Assembly (NCBI GenBank): GCA_964016885.1
Contig: OZ024748.1
Location: 49,538,001 to 49,602,000 of the forward strand
DNA length: 64,000 nt
Origin: Eledone cirrhosa
Taxonomy: Eukaryota
Reading direction: 5' to 3'
The notes under the pieces were generated by a model. That model ran no database searches, was not told the DNA's origin, and saw only the letters and a program-made list of their open reading frames with translations. Below, piece by piece: positions 39,425-54,539 of the stretch. The position numbers and the translations under genes were made by a program. Each line of letters opens with the position of its first letter. The first letter of the stretch is position 1.

Positions 39425-39890
39425 TTTCAAATCCCGCCGAGGTTAGCTTTGCCTTTCATCCTTACGGGGTCAATAAAATAAAGTACCTGTCACGCATTGG
39501 AGTCGATTTAATCGACTTTCCCCTTCCTTTCAAATTGGTGTCCTTGAGTCAAATGTAGAAAACATTACTATTATTGCAGTATCGGTAGAGGGTCGGACGC
39601 CATGCTTTTCGGCATAGTTACATCCCTTTACAATCTGAGTTCAAATCCCGCCGAGGTTGACTTTGCCTTTCATCCTTATGGGGTCGATAAAATAAAGTAC
39701 CAGTAATGCACTGGATAATTGCACTGGGTTGTGCTTAAAGTAGAAACAACTACTATTATTATTAGAGGTTAGCTTTGCCTTTCATCCTTACAGGGTCGAT
39801 AAATAAAGTACTAGTAATGTACTGGACAATTTAATAGACTTTCCCCTTTCCCTTAAAATTACTGACCTTGTGCTGATAATAACAATTATT
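39425..39890 (+). mobile_element. Cluster of SINE fragments (main family)
   Basis: Three repeats of the GCCTTTCATCCTTACGGGGTCGATAAAATAAAGTAC body. Confidence 0.85.
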
Positions 39891-40149
39891 ATCATTTCAA
39901 GGATTGTATTCATCAATGCGTTGTCTCTTTTCAAAAATGGTGCTGGTGTGTGGAGGAGGGGTGGTGGTGGTGGTGGTGGATGATTTGTATGTAGTTTGAC
40001 TGCTATTTCTAGCAGAATCGATGACCATGCATCTGTTCCCTCCCCTGCAATGGCTCGTGATTAGTTGATGCTGTTGTGTCGCTGTAGATTCTGTGTAGGC
40101 AACGTGACAAAGCGAGGCTATTTAGGTAATATGTGCTGGTGATATATAA

Positions 40150-40211
<62 letters not shown>

Positions 40212-40409
40212 TGGAAGCTTAGTAAAATCGAAGCTTTGGCTGTGGCCAAGCAAAGTCGACCTACAATACAATAAGGAATGAGTAGCAAAGCACTCAATAA
40301 GGGTGGGTACTTAGAGTAATAACATTACGTTTAAAATAGCTTGACAAATTGAAAAGTGCGAGTGTAGGTGTTGTGGTTATAGCGGTGATGATGTTTATTG
40401 CAGTGTAGG

Positions 40410-41600
40410 TGTTGTGATATAGATGACAATGTTGTGTTGATGATGTGATGATGTTGTTGTGATACAGGTGGCGATGTTGTGTTGATGATGTGATGTTGTT
40501 GCTGTGATATAGGTGGCGATGTTGTGTTGATGATGTGATGTTGTTGTTGTGATATAGGTGGCGATGTTGTGTTGATGATGTGATGATGTTGTTGTGATAT
40601 AGGTGGCGATGTTGTGTTGATGATGTGATTATGTTGTTGTGATATAGGTGGCGATGTTGTGTTGATGATGTGATGATGTTGTGTTGATGATGTGATGATG
40701 TTGTGATATAGGTGGCGATGTTGTGTTGATGATGTGATTATGTTGTTGTGATATAGGTGACAATGTTGTGTTGATGATGTGATGATGTTGTTGTGATATA
40801 GGTGACAATGTTGTGTTGATGATGTGATGATGTTGTTGTGATATAGGTGGCGATGTTGTGTTGACGATGTGATGTTGTTGTTGTGATACAGGTGGCGATG
40901 TTGTGTTGATGATGTGATGATGTTGTTGTGATACAGGTGGCGATGTTGTGTTGATGATGTGATGATGTTGTTGTGATACAGGTGGCGATGTTGTGTTGAT
41001 GATGTGATGATGTTGTTGTGATATAGGTGGCGATGTTGTGTTGATGATGTGATGATGTTGCTGTGATACAGGTGGCGATGTTGTGTTGATGATGTGATGT
41101 TGTTGTGGTATAGGTGGCGATGTTGTGTTGATGATGTGATGATGTTGTGTTGATGATGTGATGATGTTGTTGTGATATAGGTGGCGATGTTGTGTTGACG
41201 ATGTGATGTTGTTGTTGTGATATAGGTGGCGATGTTGTGTTGATGATGTGATGATGTTGTTGTGATACAGGTGGCGATGTTGTGTTGATGATGTGATGAT
41301 GTTGTTGTGATACAGGTGGCGATGTTGTGTTGATGATGTGATGATGTTGCTGTGATACAGGTGGCGATGTTGTGTTGATGATGTGATGTTGTTGTGGTAT
41401 AGGTGGCGATGTTGTGTTGATGATGTGATGATGTTGTTGTGATATAGGTGGCGATGTTGTGTTGATGATGTGATGATGTTGTTGTGATATAGGTGGCGAT
41501 GTTGTGTTGATGATGTGATGCTGTTGTTGTGATACAGGTGGCGATGTTGTGTTGATGATGTGATGATGTTGTTGTGATATAGGTGACAATGTTGTTATGT
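40410..41600. repeat. ~42-45-bp GT-rich minisatellite
   Basis: Unit GATATAGGTGGCGATGTTGTGTTGATGATGTGATGATGTTGTTGT repeated more than 20 times. Confidence 0.95.
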
Positions 41601-41608
41601 AGATGAGA

Positions 41609-41644
<36 letters not shown>

Positions 41645-41758
41645 TTAATGTTGTGGTTGTATTGATGTTTTGCTGATAATCTCACCATGGTGCTAATGTA
41701 GTACGTAGTTGTAATGGCAATACAGCGATGATGATGATGATGATGGTGATGGTGGTGG

Positions 41759-41790
<32 letters not shown>

Positions 41791-41797
41791 GTGGTGG

Positions 41798-41835
<38 letters not shown>

Positions 41836-42505
41836 GTGGTGATGCTGGTTGTTACTGTTGTACTGCCAGTCATTACACCCCTGTCATATTTAAAGATATA
41901 TATATATATATATATGTAGGACAACTATTATCTACTACCCTTCATTTCCTGAAGGGGGAATGTGGCTGCTATCTCTATGAGTAGGAGAGGTGATGTAGCT
42001 TGTATAGCTTTCGTTATATAAGACGGTAGAGACTGCGCGATGTGAGGGATATGCGGCTGCTATTTCTAGCATTGATTAAGTGACTATATAGAGGTTCCAG
42101 TCATGAAATCGATAGTAGCTGTTAATGGGGTAGCGGTGATGTTTTTTTTATCTCTATTTGTATTGTTTTTTTCTAGCAGTGATGATTTTGCCGTGATAAA
42201 CATGCAACTTGCACTTTAATTACTTGTGTATAAATATTCATTTTAAATGAATCGTAAACATTAATTAATAGTCATTATTTTCGCCTTCGCTTCTCTAGTA
42301 TAATGGATTGATTACTAGAATTCGCTGTTGTTGTTCTCGTAGTTTAACAGGGTGCAACCTGATCAAACCTTCCAGTAATAGGGGGCTGTTGAGGTTTTAG
42401 CCCTTCCAATAATTTCTTACAATATAATTGAGCTTTGGTTTATACAACACCCATTATGAACATGTAATTTCTTTCTTAATCTCATATTGGTGATATAACA
42501 GCCTG

Positions 42506-42570
<65 letters not shown>

Positions 42571-45500
42571 ATGCTTTCTTTATTAATCAAAATGGTTGAC
42601 ATAAAGTATAACATTAAGGACATCACAGGATGGTTACAAGTGGGCATTTCTGCGTGTAAAAAAAAACAAAACGTTTTATATAAAAAACAAAAAAAAAACA
42701 GGATGTAACAAAAAAATGAAAACAAAGGAAAATTTCCCAATAGAGTGGAGACTTCCGAGGGTCACTCGTGGAGAAAGCCTACAAAAAAAACCCCACGGTC
42801 ACCGTGACCGCTAGGTCAAGCGGCCTTTCCCACTTTTCCTCCTACGATACTATAGGCCTACGCTCAGGGCAGGCCCATTTACACGGGCCATTCTTGTTCT
42901 CTCACCCACCTGTCAACAAACTGGCTAGAAGGCAGCACTTCCCTCTCTCCTTCCTGATTTTCCTTTTTAGGTGAAACCTGAAAAAGTTAATGAGGGCGTC
43001 ACCGAAGAGGAAAGTGCCCTTTCAGACGTGTCCACCACACGACCTCTTTTACCATGGCCACCAGACAGATAAGACTGCCTGCCCTTCCTGATAATAATAA
43101 TAATTTTTTCTACTTTTGCCACAAGGCCAGCAATTACCCACTGATCAAAAGCATTCCAGCTTTGACCATCCTGTCTTTAGTGTTATCGGACATATATATG
43201 GGACATATGCGTATCATTTCTTTTAAGATTGTAAAGGGTCTAATTTGAGGGAGATGTGACTGCTATCTCAAGCAAATTCATCGACTGCGTGGTGACTCTC
43301 TCGTTTAGAATACATATAGGTATTTGTGTGTGTGTGTGTGTGTGTGTGTGTATTATTGCTGTTGTTGTTTAGCGCCAGGTCAGCCATGATCATGCAAGCC
43401 TACGATCAAAGGCATTCCATCCGTGACCATCGCGCTTTTCCCTTCTGTGCAAGGAGTCCCAGGCTCTATTATCCAATGTGTCTTACTCCACCTTTGTTTT
43501 ATAAAGACATTCTTATAAGACAGTGTGATTCGAGGTAAATGTGGCTGTTATTTCTAGTAATCGAGCAACCACATATAGGAATCCTTCGTTTAGGATTGGT
43601 TGTTTTGTTGTTGTTAAATAGTTCCAAGTTAATGCACATCGATCCAATCTGCTTACTAACATATTCCAGCCATGACCAGTCAATCACCCATGAGTCAGGA
43701 CCATACTAAAATTTAAGTGGGGGGGGGGGGGACAGCTATTTCTAGCCGGTTGAACGACCTTTAGAGGCTCGTTTAGTAGTAGTACTAGTAGAAGTAGTAG
43801 TAGGCAGAGAATGAGAGTGAGAGAGGGAGGAAGGGGGGGGGGGGGAAGAGTAGTACTATCGGCATGAATGCGATTGGCGCCTTAATTCTGAAATTGCTGT
43901 CGTATGTGTCCAAAGTGAATCACCACCCCTCAGCTTTTAAGTAATCTACACCCAGTGCTATAACTTAGGGCCACACCGCCCCAGAGGCTTCATTAAAAAA
44001 ATATTTTAATTTTTCTATGCGGCAAATGGAATAAATTAATTAGTTAAAAGGAACATTTTGTAACTAATGTAATTTTATAATTGTTTCTACGTTAGGCACA
44101 AGGCCAGCAAATACCCAGTGTATTACTGGTACTTTATTTTATCGACCCCGTAAGGATGAAAGGCAAAGTTAACCTCGGTGGGATTTGATGTAATTTTATA
44201 ATAAATTTTAATGTAATTTATAATAAATTTTAATGTAATTTTAATGTAATTTATAATAAATTTTAATGTAATTTTATAATAAATTTTAATCATGTATTTT
44301 AAATTGTTTCACCCGATTTTTTTTAAGAGAAGGGCCTCAAATTTCATATAGCTTAGGGCAGGCAAAAGTCCGGCCTTGTCTACAGCTTACCTTGGTCAAT
44401 AATAAAAGTAATATTTCTTCCATTTATTAGCCACAAGGGCCTTGTTTCAGGGTTGTACCAGGGAACAAGTCTACCCTCCCCACCTTTTCAAACGTCTATA
44501 TTTTATTTTTGGTTTATTTGATATAAATTCTTTTTAACCTTATTTTTTTTTATATCTGAACTTCATTTAAATATATAAAATTTAATTAGCATAACATTTT
44601 ACTTATGTGATAGGGTTCGGGAAAGGCATCATAAGCAATTTAGGCTCCTTTAAAAATCAACAAATTCTGGTTTGTCCCCCTCACATTTTTAAGGCAAACG
44701 AGGCTCCTAGCCACAAGGGATCCGATATAGAATACAATACACGTTATGTGAGAGGCTGGACAAAACAAAATTATATAAAGTCGAGGTTAAGGATGAGTAC
44801 ATTAAAAATATGAAATATATTTTTAAATATTTATAAAATACACACTCATTATAGCAGATATAATACTATAAGTAAGAAACTTTCAAGAGAGCTGGACAGC
44901 AGGTCTTCAGAGAAGAATATACACACTGAATATAAACACTGAAGCAATCCTGTTCATTTTCCCGTCTCTAGTACCTCATATGCTCGATTTGTTCAACTAT
45001 TTTTCTTAGTAAGAAAAACCCCTCCGTTGAAACAGTTAATCTCAAGCTAACATACATCCTAAATGAAAACAGAATATATAATATAATTGTTTCTACTTTT
45101 GGCACAAGGCCAGCAATTAACCAGTACATTACTGGTACTTTATTTTATCGACTCCGTAAGGATGAAAGGCAAAGTTAACCTTGGCGATTTTTGAACTCAG
45201 ACCATAAAGGGGCGTAACTCTATGCTGCTAAGCATGGCATCGGACCCTCTACCGATACTACCAAAATATGATATATGTCACCCCCATGTAGATTAGCTCT
45301 GTGAACTTCACCATCCGACGCTGTGCAGAACACATTTGTAATGTCAGTTTCGGATCTGGAACTGCCGGTCTACCTCTCCTCCAGTCGGACCCTCGTCAGC
45401 GAAGTCTTCAGCCAGACCGCTGAATCTGACGTGGCCCCAGAACCATGAGCAGGCTCTGGCCGACTGAAAAGTCGAAGGTTTATCTGTCCCTCAGTATACA

Positions 45501-46029
45501 AATGTCCATCGTAACTAGGACGACAGCAAGTGCAGGTCGTCCTTTAAGCGGATCGAGTCTGGCTTGGACCAACACCGCCTCGCCCACCTCCAATCCACGT
45601 CGCAGCCAAACAGCGGTGCGTGGCTCAATTCAGTGCCCTCCTCATCAACCGGTAAGCTTCTTGATGACGAATGCACTCACATCGGAGTGGCCCAACGCCT
45701 CGGCCTCCGTATTTGAGCCATACAAGTGCCTCGGCCTCCGTATGAGAGCCATACAAGTGCCGCTGTGAGGCTGTAGTTGACGAGTTTGGCCTGCACCCAC
45801 ATTCATGCCACCAAAGCGTAAACCGGTTCCCCCAACATGTCGCTCTAAACGACATATTGAGGAGCCTGGGTGCAGCTGGCTTCCCATCACAATTGGCACC
45901 AGCAGGCATCGGCGGCGATGACGGCAAGCACTCCGACAGACTTACACTCTACCCATTCGAAGGAGGTAAATCCCTCATCTAGGACGCCACATGCTGTGAC
46001 ACGTTCTCTGCCTCCCACTTAGTCGCTTG

Positions 46030-46170
46030 TGCCACAAACCCCTGTATTGCAGTCCGCAATGCGGACACGAAGGCAAGCAATACCGGGGTTTGCCCGGCAA
46101 CTTCCTCTTTGCACCGGTCACCGTCGAGAGCTCAGGCGTACTCGGACCCAATACTGCCGAGGAAGGAACT
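46030..46170 (+). mobile_element. Fragment of a CRE-like non-LTR element endonuclease C-terminus
   Basis: KQYRGLPGNFLFAPVTVESSGVLGP parallels KYRSLLDMFAVVPLAVEISSFLGP in the 54447-54956 ORF. Confidence 0.6.
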
Positions 46171-47149
46171 CTGCGAGGTGGGGTAGCTGTTGTACCGAGT
46201 GTCACTGGCCTTTGTCCGCGGAAATGTCTTTGCAGTTTTGTCCGCGTGGCGCAGCTTAAACATCACCCCGCCCCAGGCACAGAGCCTATCACCCTCTCCT
46301 TTTTACTTTCCCTCCTTTTCCTCTCATTTATGGCATCTATATCCCTTTCTCCTATTTCCCTATACAGTCAGGTTTGCCCTTCTTTACGCCTTCCTCTCTC
46401 TGTTCGTTACTTGGTTTGGTTTTTATCCTTTTCGTTTCTTTCATATTTCACTTAATATTTGTAATGTTATTTATACCACTGTGAATTGGGCCAGCAATCA
46501 CCCAGTACATTACTGGTACTTTATTTTATCGACCTCGTAAGGATGAAAGGCAAAGTTAACCTCGGCGGGATTTGAACTCAGATCGCAAAGGGACGTAACT
46601 ATGCTGGAAAGCATGGCGTCCGACCCTCTACCGATACTGCCTATTCACCGCCTTTCAACATTACAGATATAATGTCGTTGATAAACACAAATATAAACAC
46701 ATATAACAAATTCGTTAACCACTGCTAAGAACCTCATAAAATCAACGCACCAAAGTATATGACTAAAGCGAGAGAAAGGAGAAAAAAAGGGGGAAGCAAA
46801 GACAAAGCGATAACCACCATCAATTCACCACCAAGTGCGATAATCCACCGCACATCACAAAGGTCATCGGAATATTTTGAGGCAAGCCAATACGCTCGCA
46901 GCATTACCACGGGTGATGGCGTGGCTAAGGCGCTGAAACAACCAAACACCCTCACGAGCATCACATGACACCCCAGTAAGGGGTGCCGCCAGCGATGACA
47001 AGAACTTCGTTTGTCAGCGGCCCAACTCCACCAAACGTTTTGAGACGCCACAGTGTGGAAAAAATAATTTTTTAGATAGATCCAGGTATTTCCGAATTTT
47101 ATTACGTTCGGCAACGGAAGCAATGACCCCCACATTTATCAATGACCTT

Positions 47150-47478
47150 CACATCCAGGTCAACTCCATCTTGGTGACGTCATCAATGCCAAGTGCGAAA
47201 AGAGCAGGTCCAAGCAGGTCACTCTGTGGTAGATAATAGGAAACGGTCACCAAAAGGAGAGGTAGGAGGGCTCCCGATAGACTTGCCAAGCAAAGTGGTA
47301 AAGTTGCGGGGCCTCTCCTTTACTGAATGGAGAATGAAATCTTGATTGATGGAATTGAAAGCATTCCTGTGATCTATCTTGAGGATAACCTTGGAGTTTT
47401 CAGACGGCAAGTTGGTAAATGCTCTGGTGGCGTGAGCGGCAGCCTCACAGACCAGCTTGGTACCCACTCCCAGCTGAA
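47150..47478 (-). mobile_element. Fragment of a CRE-like reverse transcriptase
   Basis: QLGVGTKLVCEAAAHATR..KIDHRNAFNSI..LLGPALFALGIDD are RT subdomain motifs typical of CRE-clade elements. Confidence 0.7.
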
Positions 47479-47783
47479 TAGTAAATTCACATTCCTATCT
47501 CTTTGTTCTAACCCCAAATTATTGGTCCCTGTAAATAGTTATTTCTCCAAAGTTACTCCTACATTTATTCCTGTATGTCATTTGTACATAAATGCTGAAC
47601 ATTTATGTAATTAAATCCTTGAAATAAATTAAGATACCATTCTTATCCTTAATCACTCCTTAATCACTCATTAGTCAACATAAACTTATAGGGTTTCCTT
47701 TATGCAAACCATACATTTTTTTCAAAACACACATTTCCCATTTTGTATCATTGTTTATATATCCTTTAATCCTGGTATAGAAA

Positions 47784-47883
47784 GTATACCAAGCTGGCAG
47801 GTATACCAAGCTGGCAGGTATACCAAGCTGGCAGGTATACCAAGCTGGCAGGTATACCAAGCTGGCAGGTATACCAAGCTGGC
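47784..47883. repeat. 17-bp tandem repeat x ~6
   Basis: GTATACCAAGCTGGCAG repeated. Confidence 0.95.
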
Positions 47884-48116
47884 CGGACTTTCACCTGTTG
47901 ATTTGACGCCCTTCTCTAAAAAGATTCGGGTAAAATATCTTTGAATAGTTAGATATGATTATTATTTTTTCCGCCGAGGTTGACTTTGCCTTTCATCCTT
48001 ACGGGGTCTATAAAATAAAGTACCAGTAATGCACTGGGGGTAATTGCTGGCCTGGTGCCAAAAGTAGAAACAATTATTTTTTATATGAATTAACGATAGA
48101 GAATAAATAATATATG

Positions 48117-48198
<82 letters not shown>

Positions 48199-48203
48199 TG
48201 TAT

Positions 48204-48241
<38 letters not shown>

Positions 48242-48788
48242 ATGTATATAGTTTTAATATAGATGAGATTCTACAGGACTAGAACTGTTTCATTCTTGAG
48301 ATATATGATGATGATTTAGTGTTATAGAGTAAAACTAATGATAAAATAAAAATATATTTTAAAAGATGAGGCCTTTGAGGGTGTATGGCCTTAAGGTATA
48401 GGTTATTTAGATTATAGGTAAGCCCAGCACTGTATACCATACCAATCCTGGACGTTATTATTGACGACACTAGTACACTAGTATATAGACAACAATAAAT
48501 AATAATAACAGTATAAATATCAAAATAACAATAGAAAAACAACAACAGTATCTATATTCCTTGCATCTATCATCATTTTGATTGTTGTACTCCTTCTCCC
48601 GGGTATATCCGTACAATTAGTAGACACCCTTCTTCCGCAAAATCAGTTAAAATCTAGAAACAAATGCCAAGAAGCAAGGGAGATAACTCTAATAAAATCA
48701 CAATCTCCACAGCTGGTTCCGGATGATAATTTTAATCAGGTTTAATAAAAATGTATTATTGTGATATATATATATATATATATGTATG

Positions 48789-48934
<146 letters not shown>

Positions 48935-48944
48935 AATATTTATA

Positions 48945-49096
<152 letters not shown>

Positions 49097-49102
49097 AATA
49101 TA

Positions 49103-49133
<31 letters not shown>

Positions 49134-49152
49134 GTATTTATATATATATATT

Positions 49153-49207
<55 letters not shown>

Positions 49208-50120
49208 CAACAATATTATATATATATATGTATATAGTGGTAGAACACTGGAAGGTAATATCCGTAGTGGTAGAGCACTCAGTCCATGGGACGAGTTAGG
49301 TAGAAGTGGTTACACGACAGTTAGTTCACCATACCGGGAACAATTATTTCACCTTAGCAGATCCTCAGCTCGTAATGGACATGGTTCTCTCTCAAAAACA
49401 CTTTTAGTTTTATTTAATGTCTTTTTAAAATTATCGTGGTGGGGATTATCTGTAAAATATAGTCATGGATGCTTCACTACAATTTTGGGAACAGCGCCCG
49501 GCAACAAAATATGTTTGGGAAGCACTAATATAGATACAACAGTATTAAAGTGGATCTGGTCCTTTAAGCCAATCGGTGATGAACAAGGGACATGTTTCGA
49601 TCTTATTAGTCCTCAACTCCCCTCCCCAATTTCTTTAATTTTACACACATACGCTCGTGTTTACTTCTCCACCTTTACCCCGTCCGTTCTCACACCCGTG
49701 CGCGTACATTCACCCTAGGATCTTATGACTCTGTTATGGCCAGAAAAATACAACCTTACAGACCAACAAAAAACGCACACACACCTCTTAGGTTCGTAAG
49801 GACATATAAACACACAACACACACTCATACACACACACTTACACGCACGCACACATACGCGCACATATACACACACATACACGCACGCACACACACACAT
49901 ACGCACACACAGCTCTATATATAAAACGGCTTCTCAGATAAATGCGCTTGATCACCTCCTTTTCAAAAAAAGTATATCATACACAAAACGCCAGCATCAA
50001 CAGTTTTCCAAGAGATGGCAAGATGAATAGACCTTTTATTTTTCTCTAAAAAAATGTTTTTTCCGATTCCGCCCTACCCGTCCCTTCAATCTTTCTATTT
50101 CTTCTTTAACTTCTCATTCT

Positions 50121-50157
50121 ATTTTCTGATGAAGGACTAACGTTCGAAACGTTAAGA
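50121..50157 (+). ncRNA. Minimal hammerhead motif in a probable Penelope-like element 3' end (~49500-50245)
   Basis: TTTT-CTGATGA-A-GGAC-TAAC-GTTC-GAAA-CGTT-AAGA, with a palindromic AACGTT stem III as in dimer-type PLE hammerheads. Upstream WIWSFKPIG(MN) weakly resembles a GIY-YIG C-terminus. Confidence 0.6.
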
Positions 50158-50301
50158 CTCTTTTCCTATATCAAGCGTAAAACTAATAATATATTTCTTC
50201 ATTGTACTGTGTCGTTTGCTTTGTTATTTCTGTTTGCCTTTTGCATATATACATACATCCATCCATACATACGTACGTTCACACACACACACACACACAC
50301 A

Positions 50302-50336
<35 letters not shown>

Positions 50337-50602
50337 ATTTACATATACACAAACTAGACAAAGTCATAGATATATACGTTTTTGGCAACCATTCACGATG
50401 TGGCTCAATGATGAATTAATAAATTAAATAATCAGAGCAATATACTATAAATTATGTCCATAGAATCATTTGATAAGATATATACACCATTTCCTTTCCC
50501 AATTAGCATAATCAACCACACAAAAAACCAATTAAACCAGGCTATAAGATTAAAAGGCAGCTATGAAGAAATAATAGATAAATAAACGATAGCCATCTAT
50601 TA

Positions 50603-50865
50603 GCGATCAACAGCTATAGAATATTTACCCAGCATTTCAATAGCACGTGGAAATCGATTAAATATATCGTCAACCATACACAATTAGGTATAAAATTAAA
50701 GTTAGAAGAAAAAATGCATAGGCACATATCAAATCCTGGTATGTGTATATGCATTTTTTCTTCTAACTTTAATTTTATACCTAATTGTGTATGGTTGACG
50801 ATATATTTAATCGATTTCCACGTGCTATTAAAATGCTGGGTAAATATTCTATAGCTGTTGATCGC
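50603..50865. repeat. Near-perfect palindrome, ~125-bp arms, abutting (TA)n
   Basis: GCGATCAACAGCTATAGAATATTTACCC... mirrored by ...GGGTAAATATTCTATAGCTGTTGATCGC; loop near 50731-50737. Confidence 0.95.
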
Positions 50866-50920
<55 letters not shown>

Positions 50921-51105
50921 TTATCGAAGCCATACGAATTATATTCATTACAGCCATGGCTGCACTCATAATTCACTCAATGAGACAAGATTTGAACGTG
51001 GGACCGCGCAAACTTCTACCCAGAGTGTGCACAATATTTTATTCGTAATGGCGGTGGTTGCATGTGGATTGTGATAAATATATACCAAAGAATTTCGGTT
51101 TCGGC

Positions 51106-51146
<41 letters not shown>

Positions 51147-51148
<2 letters not shown>

Positions 51149-51407
51149 TTCACGCTCAGAGTTGCTGAAGCATGGAACAAATTCCCGGCATCAGTTGTTA
51201 GCTGTCGAGACACTGCATCTTTTAAAACCTCCATACTTCCTGAGATTCGCCAACACTACACCTAATGTTCCCCCTCCATACACACGCGCCCATGTAGATC
51301 ATGACTCATACACTATTCACTTCCCTGACATTTGTACATTATTCTATGTACTATACATGCACCTTTGATGAGTTGTAGTGCACCTGAGAATTGTACACAA
51401 TAATTTC
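51147..51407 (+). mobile_element. Short 3'-end copy of the CR1-like LINE
   Basis: Similar to 57030-57290. Confidence 0.85.
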
Positions 51408-51410
51408 ATG

Positions 51411-51493
<83 letters not shown>

Positions 51494-51958
51494 AAGAAAT
51501 ACAAGGAATGTAGTGAAGCACGAGGATTACGAATACCAACACAATGGCAGAGGGAAAATTACTCTCAGGGAGAGTCCTACCTACTGAATACAAATACGGT
51601 GAGGTTTCTTGTATGTGGTATGTAGTGTACAGAGTAGAAAAAAACACTCAAGGTTTTTTTCCCCTTACTATGTGAAACCGTATTTGTTAGTATGAAGAAT
51701 GCACCACTGCAGTATTGTCACCACCTCACCCCCACCACACACATTAGCTGGCATATTGTTATTATTCATAAATAGAGAAATCCCCGACCCCGACCCCCCC
51801 ATCTTACCCCATCAACAGTAACAGTACACGTCCTTATACATCTTCCAACGAATATAGATCTTGACGAGATACCTACCGTACTATAAAAATATACAATTCG
51901 AATGTGTATGTTTATGTGTGTGTGTGTATATATATATAGATGATATATGTTTATACAT

Positions 51959-52022
<64 letters not shown>

Positions 52023-52461
52023 TCATATATATATATTGTTGTACATAATGTATACTATGCAGTCCCTGTTGTAATTTTGTATGTGCTAAGTTAGATGATG
52101 TTTACAAAATATATCTAGTATTTGTTGTGAGAAGTAGCTTAACATAAAACTGGTGAGAAATTTGTCAAAATATCTGTCTTCTAATGTCACAGCGATGTTT
52201 ATGTTTAAGGAAAGCTGTGTTTATATGTACTAAAAGACATGCGTGTGTAACTCTGCAAATTTTATGTGCATTTGATTATTCCCTAAAAAAAGGGTCCTTA
52301 AAAAAGAAGCAAGATATAAATCTTCAACTATCGGTGTCACATTAAATAGGAATATATCTTACAGCAGTAATCGTTCGTGGTATTTATTCCTATTTATTAT
52401 AACAATTGTAATATCAAGGCGGGAGGGGGGGTATCTGTTGAGACTATGATTTATAAACACT

Positions 52462-52517
<56 letters not shown>

Positions 52518-52519
<2 letters not shown>

Positions 52520-52650
52520 AGTAAGTAAGACCCCGACGGCTGAGCTCAAGCCGTTTCGACGGCTAATTCTATTACCCACTCTACTACCCTAAGTATTGAG
52601 TACTTTAGTGCGTTATGGTCCACCTGGTTCCTTACCACTTTTCCCTCGCT
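52518..52650 (+). mobile_element. Family D element with only the inverted arm retained
   Basis: The left arm joins directly to CTATTACCCACTCTACTACCCTAAG. Confidence 0.8.
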
Positions 52651-52747
52651 ATATATATATATATATATGTGTGTATGTGTGTTATGTGAGTCCCAGGTTC
52701 AATCAGGGGTAACCACAGTATTTCTTTTGAATGAAACAGTTCTAGTC

Positions 52748-53418
<671 letters not shown>

Positions 53419-54079
53419 AAATGTATATATATATAGTATGAGAATAAAGGTACAAAGAATCAGTGTTGCATCATAACACATTTAATAACATATTACATAT
53501 TACATATGTTTCACTGTCGATCAGCTCGAGGAACGATCTATTAGTGATCGAACCTGACTCTGGTTCAGATATGCCTCCGTATGTAAGCTCGTCTTACATA
53601 TATATATATATATATTCATATTATTTTCTGATGATCTGAGTTCAAATCCCGCCGAGGTTAGCTTTGCCTTTCATCCTTACGGGGTCGATAAAATAAAGTA
53701 CCAGTAATACACTGGTTAATTGCTGGCCTTGTGCCTAAAGTAGAAACAATTATTTTCTGATGAATCAGAGCAAATGTCTTTAACCGAAACATGGTTACTA
53801 TATCTGAAAATATGAATAAGAGGCCGATAAAATTAGTACCAGACCTCAAAATATAAGATCTGAGGGACCGACTAAATCTCTTCTAGGTAATGAATGCTCC
53901 AGTGTAGCCGCAGTCGAATGACTGAAACCAGTAAAAGAATAAAATATTTTTTTCTTTCATACTGGAAGCACATTTTGTGATCTTTCGGAGCTTCTGTAGT
54001 TGAAATTTAAGATTTATTGATAATGTGACATCTTTCTTGTAGTTTTGTTGTGTTCTTACACCCACACACACAGAGACAG

Positions 54080-54226
<147 letters not shown>

Positions 54227-54539
54227 CTACGTAGTTGAATAAAATGAAAAGAAATGAAGAAAGGGGTGATCCGTCGATTGGACGCTTATCTCAATATGCA
54301 GGACATCACAAAATGACAAGTGACAGTAAAAAATGGACTGGTGGTATGCTAGAACTGACCTGTCTAAAGCCCGAAACTGTGAGAAGGGGCAGTGTAACAC
54401 AACCACAAGGATATGGTCCGAACGTGGAAGAGCCGACCTCCCACTGTCATCGCCACCATCTTTCTCGCCCTCCCCATCTCTCTGTATAGTGAGCAAATGG
54501 GGTCCCACGTGCTGGCCTCCCCACAGCCCCGGCGGACAG

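Noticed and set aside
40738-41688. 316-aa His/Gln/Thr repeat ORF
   Set aside because: Readout of the ~42-45-bp minisatellite.
45290-46000. GC-richer stretch possibly from an LTR retrotransposon integrase region
   Set aside because: Only weak peptide hints (LEVGEAVLV, LLNMSFRAT); no diagnostic motif could be confirmed.
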